Shown here piece after piece: positions 25,301 through 37,290 of a stretch of 64,000 bases of DNA. Location of the stretch: NCBI RefSeq assembly GCF_023055435.1, contig NW_025963979.1, positions 5,022,001 to 5,086,000 on the forward strand, given 5' to 3'. The position numbers and the translations under genes were made by a program. The notes beneath the pieces were generated by a model, which saw nothing but the letters and a program-made list of their open reading frames with translations, was not told the DNA's origin and made no database searches. This DNA is from Haliotis rufescens. Its lineage: Eukaryota. Numbering within the stretch: the stretch's first letter is position 1; each line of letters opens with the position of its first letter.

Positions 25301-28300
25301 GTCAGTAAAGTAAGTAGCCACAGCATAGAGTGTGTCAGTAAAGTAAGTACCCCCAACATAGATTGTGTCAGTAAAGCATGTACCCACAGCAAAGAGTGTG
25401 TCAGTAAAGTATGTACCCACAGCATAGAGCGTGTCAGTAAAGCATGTACCCACAGCATAGATTGTGTCAGTAAAGTATGTACCCACAGCATAGAGCGTGT
25501 CAGTAAAGTATGTACCCACAGCATAGATTGTGTCAGTAAAGTATGTACCCACAGCATAGAGTGTGTCAGTAAAGTATGTACCCACAGCATATAGTGTGTC
25601 AGTAAAGCATGTTCCCACAGCATAGAGTGTGTCAGTAAAGTAAGTACCCAAAGCATAGAGTGTGTCAGTAAAGTAAGTACCCACAGCATAGAGTGTGTCA
25701 GTAAAGCATGTACCCACAGCATAGAGTGTGTCAGTAAAGTAAGTACCTACAGCATAGAGTATGTCAGTAAAGTAAGTACCTACAGCATAGAGTGTGTCAG
25801 TAAAGCATGTACCCACAGCATAGAATGTGTCAGTAAAGAAAGTACCTACAGCATAGAGTGTGTCAGTAAAGTATGTACCCACAGCATATAGTGTGTCAGT
25901 AAAGTAAGTACCCACAGCATAGAGTGTGTCAGTAAAGTATGTACCCACAGCATAGAGTGTGTCAGTAAAGTAAGTACCTACAGCATAGAGTGTGTCAGTA
26001 AAGTATGTACCCACAGCATATAGTGTGTCAGTAAAGCAAGTACCTACAGCATAGAGCGTGTCAGTAAAGTAAGTACCTACAGCATAGAGTGTGTCAGTAA
26101 AGTATGTACCCACAGCATATAGTGTGTCAGTAAAGTATTTACCTACAGCATAGAGCGTGTCAGTAAAGTAAGTACCTACAGCATAGAGTGTGTCAGTAAA
26201 GCATGTACCTACAACATAGAGCGTTTTTAGTAAAGTAAGTACCTACAGAATAGAGTGTGTCAGTAAAGTAAGTTCCTACAGAATAGAGTGTGTCAGTAAA
26301 GTAAGTACCTACAGAATAGAGTGTGTCAGTAAAGTAAGTACCTACAGAATAGAGTGTGTCAGTAAAGTCAGTACCTACAGAATAGAGTGTGTCAGTAAAG
26401 TCAGTACCCACAGCATAGAGTGTGTCAGTAAAGCATGTATCCACAGCATAGAGTGTGTCAGTAAAGTAAGTACCTACAGAATAGAGTGTGTCAGTAAAGT
26501 CAGTACCCACAGCATAGAGTGTGTCAGTAAAGCATGTACCCACAGCATAGATTGTGTCAGAAAAGTAAGTACCCACAGCATGGAGTGTGTCAGTAAAGTA
26601 AGTACCTGCAGCATAGAGTGTGTCAGTAAGGTATGTACCCACAGCATAGAGTGTGTCAGTAAAGTATGTACCCACAGCATATAGTGTGTCAGTAAAGTAT
26701 GTACCCACAGCATATAGTGTGTCAGTAAAGCATGTACCCACAGCATAGAATGTGTCCTTAAAGTATGTACCTACAGCATATAGTGTGTCAGTAAAGTAAG
26801 TACCCACAGCATAGAGTTTGTCAGTAAAGTATGTACCCACAGCATAGAGTGTGTCAGTAAAGTATGTACCCACAGCATATAGTGTGTCAGTAAAGTAAGT
26901 ACCCACAGCATAGAGTGTGTCAGTAAAGTATGTACCCACAGCATATAGTGTGTCAGTAAAGCATGTACAGACAGCATAGGGTGTGTCAGTAAAGTATGTA
27001 CCTACAGCATAGAGTGTGTCAGTAAAGTAAGTACCTACAGCATAGAGTGTGTCAGTAAAGTAAGTACCCACAGCATAGAGTGTGTCAGTAAAGTATGTAC
27101 CCACAGCATAGAGTGTGTCAGTAAAGTAAGTACCCCCAACATAGAGTATGTCAGTAAAGTATGTACCCACAGCATATAGTGTGTCAGTAAAGTAAGTACC
27201 CACAGCATAGAGTATGTCAGTAAAGTAAGTACCCACAGCATAGAGCGTGTCAGTAAAGTAAGTACCTACAGCATGAGTGTGTCAGTAAAGTATGTACCCA
27301 CAGCATATAGTGTGTCAGTAAAGTATTTACCTACAGCATAGAGTGTGTCAGTAAAGTATGTACCTACAGCATAGAGTGTGTCAGTAAAGTTAGTGCTCAC
27401 AGTATATAGTGTGTCAGTAAAGTAAGTACCCACAGCATATAGTGTGTAAGTAAAGTATGTACCCACAGCATATAGTGGGCCAGTAAAGTATTTACCTACA
27501 GCATAGAGTGTGTCAGTAAAGTAAGTACCCACAGCATAGAGTGTTTCAGTAAAGCATGTACCCACAGCATATCGTGTGTCAGTAAAGTATGTACCCACAG
27601 CATATAGTGTGTCAGTAAAGTTAGTGCTCACAGTATATAGTGTGTCAGTAAAGTGTGTACCCACAGCATATAGTGTGTCAGTAAAGTAAGTACCCACAGT
27701 ATATAGTGTGTCAGTAAAGTTAGTGCTCACAGTATAAAGTGTGTCAGTAAAGTTTGTACCCACAGCATATAGTGTGTCAGTAAAGCATGTACTCACTGCA
27801 TCCAGGAAACAGAGGAAGTCCCCTGTACTCTGTCTGACAGCCATGTTCTTTGCATAGCCAACTGTAAAACATCCCAAAGTTGTACATCAGAAAGTTGTAC
27901 ATCAGAAAGTCGTACATCAGAAAGTTGTACATCAGAAAGTTGTACATCAGAAAGTTGTACATCAGAAAGTCGTACATCACAAAGTTGTACATCACAAAGT
28001 TGTACATCACAAAGTTGTACATCACAAAGTTATGAACACAAAGAATACCATCCTAAAGTATTTCAACTTGATACATCACAAAGCACTTACCTCCCCTGGG
28101 CTGTGCATCGGTATGTCCACCTGTGACCACCTCTATACCGTGATGCTCCAAGCGCTGTCTCCATGTCCCGATCAGGTCACTTGTACCATCCTAAGGCGGA
28201 AACATTCATTAGCGACAAAATGGAGCTATAAAAACATTTTCCTAGCATACATATGTTACCTCTCATCACATAACACACATAGAAATAAACCTGTTTGTGT

Positions 28301-29501
28301 TGTCAGCATGTCTTGGCTGCTTCACAGAATGCAGTACTGTGTCTCACCGTGCTTCCATCGTCATACATCGACAGCTGGAGACGGCCACTGAATGTCTGCT
28401 GCTCTACTGACTCCAGACACTCACACAACCACTTCTCTCCATTGTAGACAGGGACTATCACGCTCTGTAACCAACAAGGACTTCGTTATAGCATGGATAG
28501 ATACAATAAATTATGATAATATATTTAGTCACACAGGTATACACTCATTACGATACTCATAAAACATTGTAAATATTTGGAGCAGCATCTTGTTATTCTT
28601 TATACAGAGTTGGGCATTACAATATCATAATACCAGTCTACACACTTACCGTATATCAATATTGCAACAACATATCACAGTTACATCCACAGGGGCTTGT
28701 CATGCAAAAATAAGCAGCAATATATATAAGGTCACTAATGGGGTCATAGTACTACCGGTATATAAAATCCTGTTATATAGTAGTATGACCCTGTTAGTGA
28801 CCGTATATATCTTGCTGATAATTTTAGCGTTCCAACCCCTGTGTGTACATCTACACCAAAATAACATGTTTTAACTTTGTCATCAACATGACTAAAAAAT
28901 CACACCTCCTACTGGTAATCTTTCAATATTAGGGCTCTTCTCAGTATATGGTTTATTATATCCATGTCCCTCAAAACACCTCAGTTTTCTACCTACATTC
29001 TTATTGGAGATTTCAGTTCAATCGACCCAGTTCTACATTGTAAATATATAGGCTATGTAGGCTAGACCACAGGACCATGTAACTAATAATAATAACAAAC
29101 AAACTCGCAGACGATGCCAAAAGCCTTAGGCCTCCTCTACGCATTTTTTGCGAGTTTGTTTATTAGTACTACTACTACTACTACTACTAACTACTACTAC
29201 TTCTACTAACTACTACTACTACTTCTACTAACTACTACTACTAACTACTACTACTTCTACTAACTACTACTACTTCTACTAACTACTACTACTACTACTT
29301 CTACTAACTACTACTACTTCTACTAACTACTACTACTACTTCTACTAACTACTACTACTACTTCTACTAACTACTACTACTACTATCAGTAACATGTTCC
29401 TTTGGCTAGAGTCTACAATGTGTAGGACAGGGCAGCCGAATGCCATTCCACCTCCAAAGACAACAAGACTTGAACAAGTGTATTCTCACCACATCAGCCA
29501 T
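16228..29501 (-). CDS. B3GNTL1: B3GNTL1/QTGAL-like glycosyltransferase family 2 (queuosine-tRNA galactosyltransferase ortholog), gene span, 12 exons, 345 aa
   Basis: Spliced CDS of 1,038 nt: [17 protein letters not shown]...YDDGSTD...[27 protein letters not shown]...[17 protein letters not shown]...[10 protein letters not shown]...[12 protein letters not shown]...FCDVDAKKI...EYVHFN*. Confidence 0.92.
16929..17003 (-). CDS. B3GNTL1: B3GNTL1/QTGAL exon 11
   Basis: tgcag|GAGCGT...CAG|gtaatc; [25 protein letters not shown]. Confidence 0.92.
17005..19030. repeat. CA-rich ~30-bp minisatellite with higher-order blocks (QTGAL intron 10)
   Basis: unit acaacatacacaatgtgacatcacaacaat plus shorter variants; blocks recur at offsets of 683 and 648 bp. 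Confidence 0.92.
19232..19300 (-). CDS. B3GNTL1: B3GNTL1/QTGAL exon 10
   Basis: tgcag|GTGTGT...AAG|gtaagg; [23 protein letters not shown]. Confidence 0.92.
19520..20530 (-). mobile_element. Degenerate Tc1/mariner transposase remnant (QTGAL intron 9)
   Basis: Frameshifted fragments: [17 protein letters not shown] (HTH/NLS), [16 protein letters not shown] (like WPxxSPDLNP), [21 protein letters not shown]. Confidence 0.82.
20923..21058 (-). CDS. B3GNTL1: B3GNTL1/QTGAL exon 9
   Basis: ttcag|GGACAC...AAG|gtaggt; [17 protein letters not shown]. Confidence 0.92.
21303..21572 (+). mobile_element. Copy of the ~250-bp retroposon family with (CAAA)n tail
   Basis: Same head and body as 54939-55182; tail caacaaacaaacaaac. 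Confidence 0.8.
21981..22105 (-). CDS. B3GNTL1: B3GNTL1/QTGAL exon 8
   Basis: tgcag|GGAGTT...CATGA|gtatgt; [13 protein letters not shown]...YRYHPQATT. Confidence 0.92.
22295..22587 (-). mobile_element. tRNA-derived SINE (second family)
   Basis: Head ggtggcccagtcgtctaaggcgc...gggtttgaatccc and (actc)n tail; close copy at 63670-63880; related copy at ~36305-36520. Confidence 0.7.
22804..22899 (-). CDS. B3GNTL1: B3GNTL1/QTGAL exon 7
   Basis: cccag|GTGTTC...AAG|gtgggt; [18 protein letters not shown]. Confidence 0.92.
23756..23851 (-). CDS. B3GNTL1: B3GNTL1/QTGAL exon 6
   Basis: tgtag|ATAATT...CAG|gtaagt; [22 protein letters not shown]. Confidence 0.92.
24147..24212 (-). CDS. B3GNTL1: B3GNTL1/QTGAL exon 5
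   Basis: tgtag|GATGAC...GCT|gtgagt; [12 protein letters not shown] completes the DADD motif. Confidence 0.92.
24630..27796. repeat. 33-bp minisatellite, ~95 copies (QTGAL intron 4)
   Basis: unit cagcatagagtgtgtcagtaaagtaagtaccca; abuts the exon 4 donor. Confidence 0.95.
27797..27861 (-). CDS. B3GNTL1: B3GNTL1/QTGAL exon 4
   Basis: tacag|TTGGC...GATGCA|gtgagt; [22 protein letters not shown]. Confidence 0.92.
27876..28035. repeat. 15-bp tandem repeat, ~10 copies (QTGAL intron 3)
   Basis: unit aaagttgtacatca(g/c). Confidence 0.92.
28091..28190 (-). CDS. B3GNTL1: B3GNTL1/QTGAL exon 3
   Basis: ttag|GATGGT...GGAG|gtaagt. Confidence 0.9.
28348..28464 (-). CDS. B3GNTL1: B3GNTL1/QTGAL exon 2
   Basis: tacag|AGCGTG...ACG|gtgaga; [20 protein letters not shown]...YDDGST. 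Confidence 0.92.
28690..28841. mobile_element. Small hAT-like MITE / hairpin
   Basis: cagggg...cccctg ends with internal inverted arms (gcaatatatataaggtcactaa / ttagtgaccgtatatatcttgc). Confidence 0.6.
29165..29385. repeat. (CTA)n-type microsatellite inside a degenerate fold-back element
   Basis: ctactacta/ctaa/cttcta run; flanks show imperfect inverted similarity (~29040-29090 versus ~29385-29425). Confidence 0.85.
29490..29501 (-). CDS. B3GNTL1: B3GNTL1/QTGAL first coding exon (MADV)
   Basis: ATG GCT GAT GTG|gtgaga; joins SVIVPVYN in phase 0, giving the typical GT2 start [10 protein letters not shown]. Confidence 0.7.
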
Positions 29502-29937
29502 AATCTGCTACAATGCATCTCGATCTATATACTGCTATTCTAAATCTGATCAGGCACACATGCCTTGTTGACGTCTTGTCAGGGGCACGTAACTCTAATA
29601 TCGTTATATTTCTTCAACTTTTCATAAACATCGCATCAAATCTAAGTTCGAATCTATATGCGTGCTCATTAATTTCACAACAGCCTTTGATTTTTATCTT
29701 CGACAATAAAGAAAATAACAATTGCTTCCTGTTTTGCAAACTAAATATGAAGTAGCTTTGTAATTCACAAAGAATAGATCTAGAGCTGTATCAATATATA
29801 TACCCCCGCCCCCCTCACCACCACCCCGCTCTCATGTACGTCAGTTTGAGTTTTAGGATCAATAGTTAATATAATTATATAACTGACGCTAAGGACAGAT
29901 ATCTAGTAGAGCATACCGAGGAGGAAAGTTACATTGT

Positions 29938-30100
29938 GATAAGATAAGATAAGATAATATTTATTGCAGAAACGTTCCATTACGGGACAGATGCAATTTT
30001 AAAAGACAAGACATTATGAATCATATAAACATATATACAGACATCCATAATTTACATTCCTGTAGACACATACAAAAACAATAATATATGATATGTGGGT
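29938..30100 (-). mobile_element. 3' end of a non-LTR retrotransposon
   Basis: On the - strand, AATAAA is followed by an (ATCTT)n tail. Confidence 0.45.
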
Positions 30101-32909
30101 TTCAGCACTGCGAGACTGTCAACAGTTTAGGGGAGAGTTATCTCCCTTTGATCAGGACAGTCGTCTTTCTGTCCCGACTCTCGATTCAATACCTGCGGTC
30201 CAATATATTTCACACCAGGCCATGGCGGTGCAGGTCTTATCCGCTGTTGTGGACAGATTATGTATACAGACATTCGTAAATATGGAAATAAATATCACAA
30301 ACAGCACGCAAACCTAAACACCATGGCCTTCCAGACGGCCGCGCACAGTAGGTTGCTGTCATTGAAGTTTGTTCCCATGACTTTGTAGCCTTTTTTACCC
30401 AAGCCACATCTTTTCTTTGTAGAGGCAAACGGTAGGCAATTTGCACGTGTTTGTATCATGGAGTAGCTCTCCCTGTCCTTGTAAATGACATTAAAACCCA
30501 ACATATTCAGAATTCATTTAATAACACGCCCTTCTAAACAATGTCCCCAGCGCCAGTCTATTACGTAAATATATAACAATCTTATAGATAGATCATTAGA
30601 AGAGTGTGTTTACTTGACATGTTCCATGTCTTGAAAGAAAATGTGTAATGGCTCCCCCTAAAACTGTGGCCCCTTTTTTTCAGAGAAAGAAATATATGTT
30701 TTGAAGCTGTGACAGAAAAATATTAGGTCGCGAACGAAAGACCCCGAAAAATTGCTTTTGGGTACGTCTAAAAATAACTGTAGAGACATTACCATGTGTT
30801 CATGATTTATTCCCCCGAAGATTTCACTCCGAGCGGCAATGTCTGGATAAAGGCGCTTTCCTTGTCTCTGTTCCCCGCTAGTCATCCTCAACAAGATGAT
30901 CAAAATCGTTGCACTTATATAGCGACGCACATGCAGCACTCAGTGGATGCCCCACTCGAAACAGTAGACAATGCTTGTCGCATAAGGCGACTAACGGGAT
31001 CGGGTGGTCAGGCTCGCTGACTTGCTTGATGCATGTCATCGTATCACAAATGCGTGGATCGATGCTCATGATGTCAATCACTGGATTGTATGGTCCAGAC
31101 TCGATTATTTACAGACCGCCGTCACATAGCTGGAATATTGCTGAGTGCGGCGTTAAACAAAAAAACCAAAAAAACAGATACAGTATACTAGCTGTCTCCG
31201 ACCGATGCATCAAGTGCATTACTTTGGGCTTTCCTCCTACATTAAGCTGACACTCCGTGACATAATTGGAATACTGTCCAAAGCGGCGTTAAACCCAACT
31301 CACTCACTCACTAACCCACCATTGAGGGAAACAACAAACCATCTTTTAATGTCATTTGGTATGACGTGGCCAGGGGATCGAACCACCGATCTTCCGCTCT
31401 CGGAATAGAAGCTCTATCCACTAGACCACGAACGCAGCCTCCTCAACCAGAGAACAGTCTGTGGAAGGAGAAGATAGAGTACGCACTACGTACTCCACAT
31501 GACGCTCTGTATAACATGTTTATAGAGCTGAGAGCGACAAGGCGGGATGTTTTCACAGTCGTAATATGGCCGCAACATCTCGTCAAGTGGGGGGAAATAG
31601 CAGAAGGCATGTGATGAACATATTTGGGTTTTCATCAGCTGACCTTTGCTGCAGATACATTCATGTTGTTTCTAAATCTCAATGTTGCGTCGAAAAAAAA
31701 CAAGAAACCGCTGGCAGATTAATGCGACAATGTGGCTACCATTTACACCATTTAATCCGGAAGGGAAGCATTGTTGTTCCGGGGAAAGTGAAAATAGTAG
31801 GGGTATGAAACAACAGCCCGTAGTGGGAAGCAGGTGTGTCTTCCCGCCGCGTGGTAGATATCTAATATACCACATCCCAGGGGGACGTGTTGGAGATGGG
31901 GGTCGGGATTCTCCTCTCCAGGGGAGGAGCACGTGAGTGGCCTCGTGAGACAGTGACTCATCTAGCTCTGGCGAACACACGAGTAAAAAAGACTAACACT
32001 TGAACCGACGTGGCACTTCCTAGACTGACATTTAGTTAATAAAGTTATCTTTCTCAATATATCTATAAGATAAAAATGATACAATCCAAATGGAGCCTAG
32101 ACCAATGCTTAATTTCAGGGACTCTCGAGCTGAGACAATCAAGACTTGACCAATCGTTCCAGACTTGAGTTGGACTCCATTTGTAATTTATCCTCTAGGG
32201 CTGGGGGAGGGGCAGACTAAACACTTCCTAACTGAAGATATAAGTCATGATGAAAAGAAGTACAATATCAAATGATTATCAACACTCTTATGCAACTTGT
32301 ACTTTGACAATATGTCGGAATTTTCAATAAGTTACATTATTAAAAAAATAAATAAACAAAAACAAATCGAATTAAGTAGCTTCTTTATACGCAAACGAAA
32401 GCACAAGAACCTGAAATGAAATGTTGTTTCAAGGACCTTCTAATCACACATCTACTTTCAGTTTGCATTTAGTTTAAATTTAGTTACGAATAAAAATATA
32501 CTGACACAGCAGACATGCGTTTCGTCTCTTTTGATCTATGAACATCAGCAAAGTGTTCGGTGTAATGGGACCGATAGATGCAAATGGGAGGCTCACTTGT
32601 TCAGTATCAGATATTAATCTTAGACAAACACAAACAGTAGGTGTTGGAAGTACAGCAAGCCCTGGTGGCGCCATGACAGCACGCTGTCCGCACGCAAACC
32701 AGACGTCAACAAACAGAAAAAAGAATATGTGATATGTGACCTCGGTTGCACTATAATAGAGCTGATTAAGATTAACACTCTTATCATTGCAATATTTGGA
32801 ATAAATACAAGTTGAGTTAACAACAGTTCAGATTTCATGAATTTAGATAAAAATCTGAGAATGTATTACATAGACTCTCAGCGTGGCTAAACGTGCATGA
32901 TACGTGACG

Positions 32910-33264
32910 TGGTGATGTGAGGTGAAATGGGGTTTATCGCTGCGTTCAAGATTATTGCACTTGTATAGCCACGTGCATGCACGAACGCGTGTGGCTGTTT
33001 GTACTAGTCCGGAATAATGCCGGTATTATAGTGGTAGCACACTGAGATAATATGTCGCAGTTTAATATGAATACCCCACTAAGACATAGCATACTGACTC
33101 CGAGCCGACCAGTCCTTGTTTAATCGCCTTAATGCCGAGTGCCAGACAGGATAACAACAAGTTCCATCTTTTAACGTCTTTTGGTATGGCGCGGCAGGGG
33201 ATCGAACCCCGGACCTTCCGATTTCCGGGCGGATATGCTGTACCACTAGACCAGGAAGGAGGTC
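32910..33264 (-). mobile_element. tRNA-headed SINE with Meta-domain-like core
   Basis: A/B-box head (tggtctagtgg...ggttcgatccc), core aaagatggaacttgttgttatcctgtctggcactcggcattaagg...gactggtcggctcggagtcag; relatives at ~23020-23310, 23400-23590, 31320-31440 and 63130-63330. Confidence 0.7.
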
Positions 33265-34373
33265 AGTAAATACATGGATCCGGGGAAGACACACTCGTGC
33301 TTCATAGTTGATACAGACGTTTCTGTGGGCACTGGGGATATACATGAGTTCATTGTAACGTCGTCTTTGAACAGTATTTCAGTTATATCATGGTGCGTCA
33401 GCTGGATGTGTGGGGAAGGCCTAAAGTCATGCAGGAATGAGACGTTTACCACTTTGGTTAGAATTTAGCCTCGGAAATACCTGACCACGTGATCCTTTAA
33501 AGCCTCCTACGACCAGCATAGGTTGCTAGTAGGGATTCACCACGAGGTTATACCTCTATTAAGGATCTTTGAATTGTGACGCCTTCGGTGGCCAGACGGG
33601 AACTCGGCCCGCGAACATCGATCACACTACCTCATGCAGGGTCAGGTCCTCGGGGCCTTGTTTTCGAGTAATGACCTCGCCAAGAGTAATTATTTGCACA
33701 ATATTGTGGTGGACCTGGATGAAGTGTTTTCATCGGGAGCAGATGAAAGTCTGCATCATAATGCTGATGTTTACACAATCCGATCACGTGCATGCACCTC
33801 GCTATGAGTGCACAAATCTTGGACGCGACGTTGAACCCCAGTTCACCTCACCCCGCTTGTTACTAGTCTCTTACATACTCCAAAGCAATTAGGAAATTAG
33901 GAGATTTGAGGTTTCCTTAATACTCCAGTGTTCCTTAGACATACATGACTATATGTAGGTCTATCCTGTCGAGCCCTGGTTGTCAGGAGCCATTCTGCCT
34001 CGGTATACTCACAGGGAGACGTGCAAGCCCCGTGAACCCCTCACGCTTGTCGTGACAGGCGACTAACGGGATCGGGTGGCCTGGCAAGCTGACCTTGTGG
34101 ATGCATGTCATTGGATCCCGATTCCGTAGATCAATGCTTCTGATTTCAATCACTGGAGTTTCTGGTCAAAATTCAATCATTTACAGACCGCCGTCATATG
34201 GCTGGAATATTGCGATGGAATATAAACAACAAAACAAACAAAAAAGCAAAACAAGCCAAGATCAAACACAAACAAGCAAACGATGTTTGATGTCACGACG
34301 AACAGGTAGTAGTAAAGGGGAGCGAAAGAATGTGTTATATCTTCCAGAAAGGATCTCTCCAACCCGGCTAATA

Positions 34374-34558
34374 ATAGTCTGTCTCCCAAACCCTAGAGAA
34401 AACATTTAAGAAGGAGTCCAACTCAAGGCTAGAATGATTTGGCAAGTCTAGATTTCCTCGGCTCTAGGATTAAGGAATATTCTGGGCTCCATTTTTATGT
34501 TGTAGAAATATATTTTTAAATAAGATAACTTCATTGCGGGGACTAAATGTCAGTTTAG
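34374..34558 (+). mobile_element. ~190-bp dispersed repeat (tagtctg...-type, probably a non-autonomous DNA transposon)
   Basis: Similar copies at 43908-44096 (+) and 32020-32219 (-). Confidence 0.65.
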
Positions 34559-36569
34559 GCAATGAGTGCTGGCTGACACACGGAATTAAGGTACATGGCC
34601 GATTTACTGGGGTGGTGATAATCAATTAATAATTTCATTTCGACCACATCACATTTGTCTGGGCATAAACTTATTGAATGGTTAGTTAAACACCATTTGG
34701 CAATGACGGAACTTTATATATATCATTTATCTTGATGAAAACAGTCTGTTGACAGCTTGATTCGAAGCTACGAAGTCCACACCGTAGGCTGACGAATGGG
34801 GAATTAACAACGACATATTCATTATGATGAAACTAATAGTTAATCCGTTAGTGAACGGGGTATTAGTGATTTATTCAGTATGTAGGTGTGATTTGCTCAA
34901 AGCGGTAGCGACACTAAGATCTGATTTGGCTGAGATTGATTTTCGCTACAATTAGTCTTTTCTTGATCAGGGCTATATTTGCTCATAATAGGCCCATCAA
35001 TATTGACAAGTAATATTTAGGTGATTGATACATATGCTCGAGGAGGTCCTATATGAATTGTATACTCGCCCAGGACATACAATTCATAACCTGTGTCGCC
35101 AAAGAGCGAGATGGACGTTCGAAAGATTGAGGGAACCTACTTGATGTGCACCTCGCATTGCCGACTCTGACGTTCTCGCAGTCAAGCATTGAGTTGTTGA
35201 ATATATCTTTGAAAACGGTATCAAAACAATCGTTTTTAAACAGCTTAGGTTTTAATATTGGCCATGGTTTAAATAGATTGGACCACTCGGACCCTGGCGT
35301 CTAATCGTTGACATGATTACAGAAACTACACTGAGGCTGACAACCGCTTTTTGGTACGGTTTTTTGGGTTTCAGGTGGCACTCGGGACTCAGTAGTGGTA
35401 CGCGGTGCGCAATTAGAGTCGTACTTGGTAGCCAGATTCAACATTCTAAAAACAATAATGATGCACGTAAAATTTTCCTTTAAACTATCTTATTTTTTCG
35501 ATATTTTTTAAGTAATTTAACTTCAACCGTTCCCATTCTCAATGCTTTTGAGATTTGTGTCAAGTATTATTCGAAATTCAGGAGTCAGCAATGAGACACA
35601 GAGTGAAAAAATAGATGGTATTCTGGATTCCGGGGGTTGGCTGCCTCTATACTTTAATTAAGATCGTTTTGAGAAATGGGGTACAGGCTTTCGGGATCTA
35701 ACCTATACTCATTTGTGTGGAAGAGAAAAAGCAAAAGAACAATCCTGTTTGTAATTGTTTGGTCGCCGAGTATATCACTTGAATAATGAGATGAACACCC
35801 CGCCATAATTAACAACCGCATCACGTGGGTTGGGAGTTATGACAGGACTATTTCTCGTGTCTCCCCATCAATGCCGAGGCGTAGAGATATTGGAGTGACG
35901 TGACTGCAGAATGTCTGGAATGAGACCATGCACTATCTGTCGTTCCACTTGTGTAACTACGCACTACTTTGATGTATGAGAACGCTGCTGACGTTGAGTG
36001 TATGTAGGGAGATAGACGTGGCGATACGGGATTGGTGCCGACACCCTGCACTATAGTCCCTGCCGTGAGACAAGCAATTAAAACACCCATTATGGCCGGA
36101 TTGTTTACACGTTTTTGTCCCAAATTCCATTACATAGATATCCGCACTGCCACTCGAAATAAGATATATATATTGATATGTCGTTTTCGTTTTATCAAGA
36201 CGAGGTTCACAAATGGGAAAGTTCTAGAAAAATGGTATCATTTAATTTAAATGTTAAAAGTTACAAAGGCAATAATTGCTTCTTGGCTCAAATTTCTATA
36301 ACCCGTGGGTGGCACAGTTGGCCCTGCTGTCCAAGGTGCTAAAACTCGCTGCTCGGCGTGCTAGATTCGTGGGTTCGAATCCTAGATTCGTCCTGTTTTT
36401 TCCTAGGTTTTCGCGGGTTTCACCATAGTGGAAAACTTGAGGCTTTCTTCCTTCACGAAGCTCATATTTAGAGATATGTCCATGGTGACACGCCCAGCGC
36501 GCTACATTGCTGAGGCAACTTAGTGTAACGCAATGTTGGTCACATCGCTTGTCACAATGTTCACAGTCA

Positions 36570-37290
36570 TAGTGACACCGTTGCTCAAGTTGATGGTAGC
36601 ACACTTCTGGTCACATTGCTAATGACACAGTTGGTGGCGTTGATGGTAACACACTTCTTGTCACATTGCTGGTGACACAGTTGGTCACGTTGATGGTAGC
36701 ACACTTCTTGTCAAATTGCTGGTGACACAGTTGGTGACGTTGATGGTAACACACTTCTTGTCACATTGCTGGTGACACAGTTGGTCACGTTGATGGTAGC
36801 ACACTTCTTGTCAAATTGCTGGTGACACAGTTGGTGGCGTTGATGGTAACACAATTCCGGTCACATTGCCAGTAACACAGTTGGTCACGTTGATGGTAAC
36901 ACACTTCTTGTCACATTGCTAGTAACACAGTTGGTGACGTTGATGGTAACACAATGCTGGTCACATTGCCAGTAACACAGTTGGTGACGTTGATGGTAAC
37001 ACACTTCTTGTCACATTGCTGGTGACATAGTTGGTCACGTTGATGGTAACACACTTCTTGTCACATTGCTAGTAACACAGTTGGTGACGTTGATGGTAAC
37101 ACAATGCTGGTCACATTGCCAGTAACACAGTTGGTGACGTTGATGGTAACACACTTCTTGTCACATTGCTGGTGACATAGTTGGTCACGTTGATGGTAAC
37201 ACAATGCTGGTAACGTTGCTAGTAACACAGTTGTTCACGTTGATGGTAAAACAATTCTGGTCACGTTGCTAGTGACACCCTTTGTCACAT
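36570..37290. repeat. 50-bp minisatellite, ~14 copies
   Basis: unit gttgatggtaacacacttcttgtcacattgctggtgacacagttggtcac. Confidence 0.92.

Noticed and set aside
24743-27236. Long ORFs of ([11 protein letters not shown])n that superficially resemble beta-propeller repeats
   Set aside because: They are translations of a 33-bp intronic minisatellite. The frame is open only because the unit lacks stops, and it is broken by indels.
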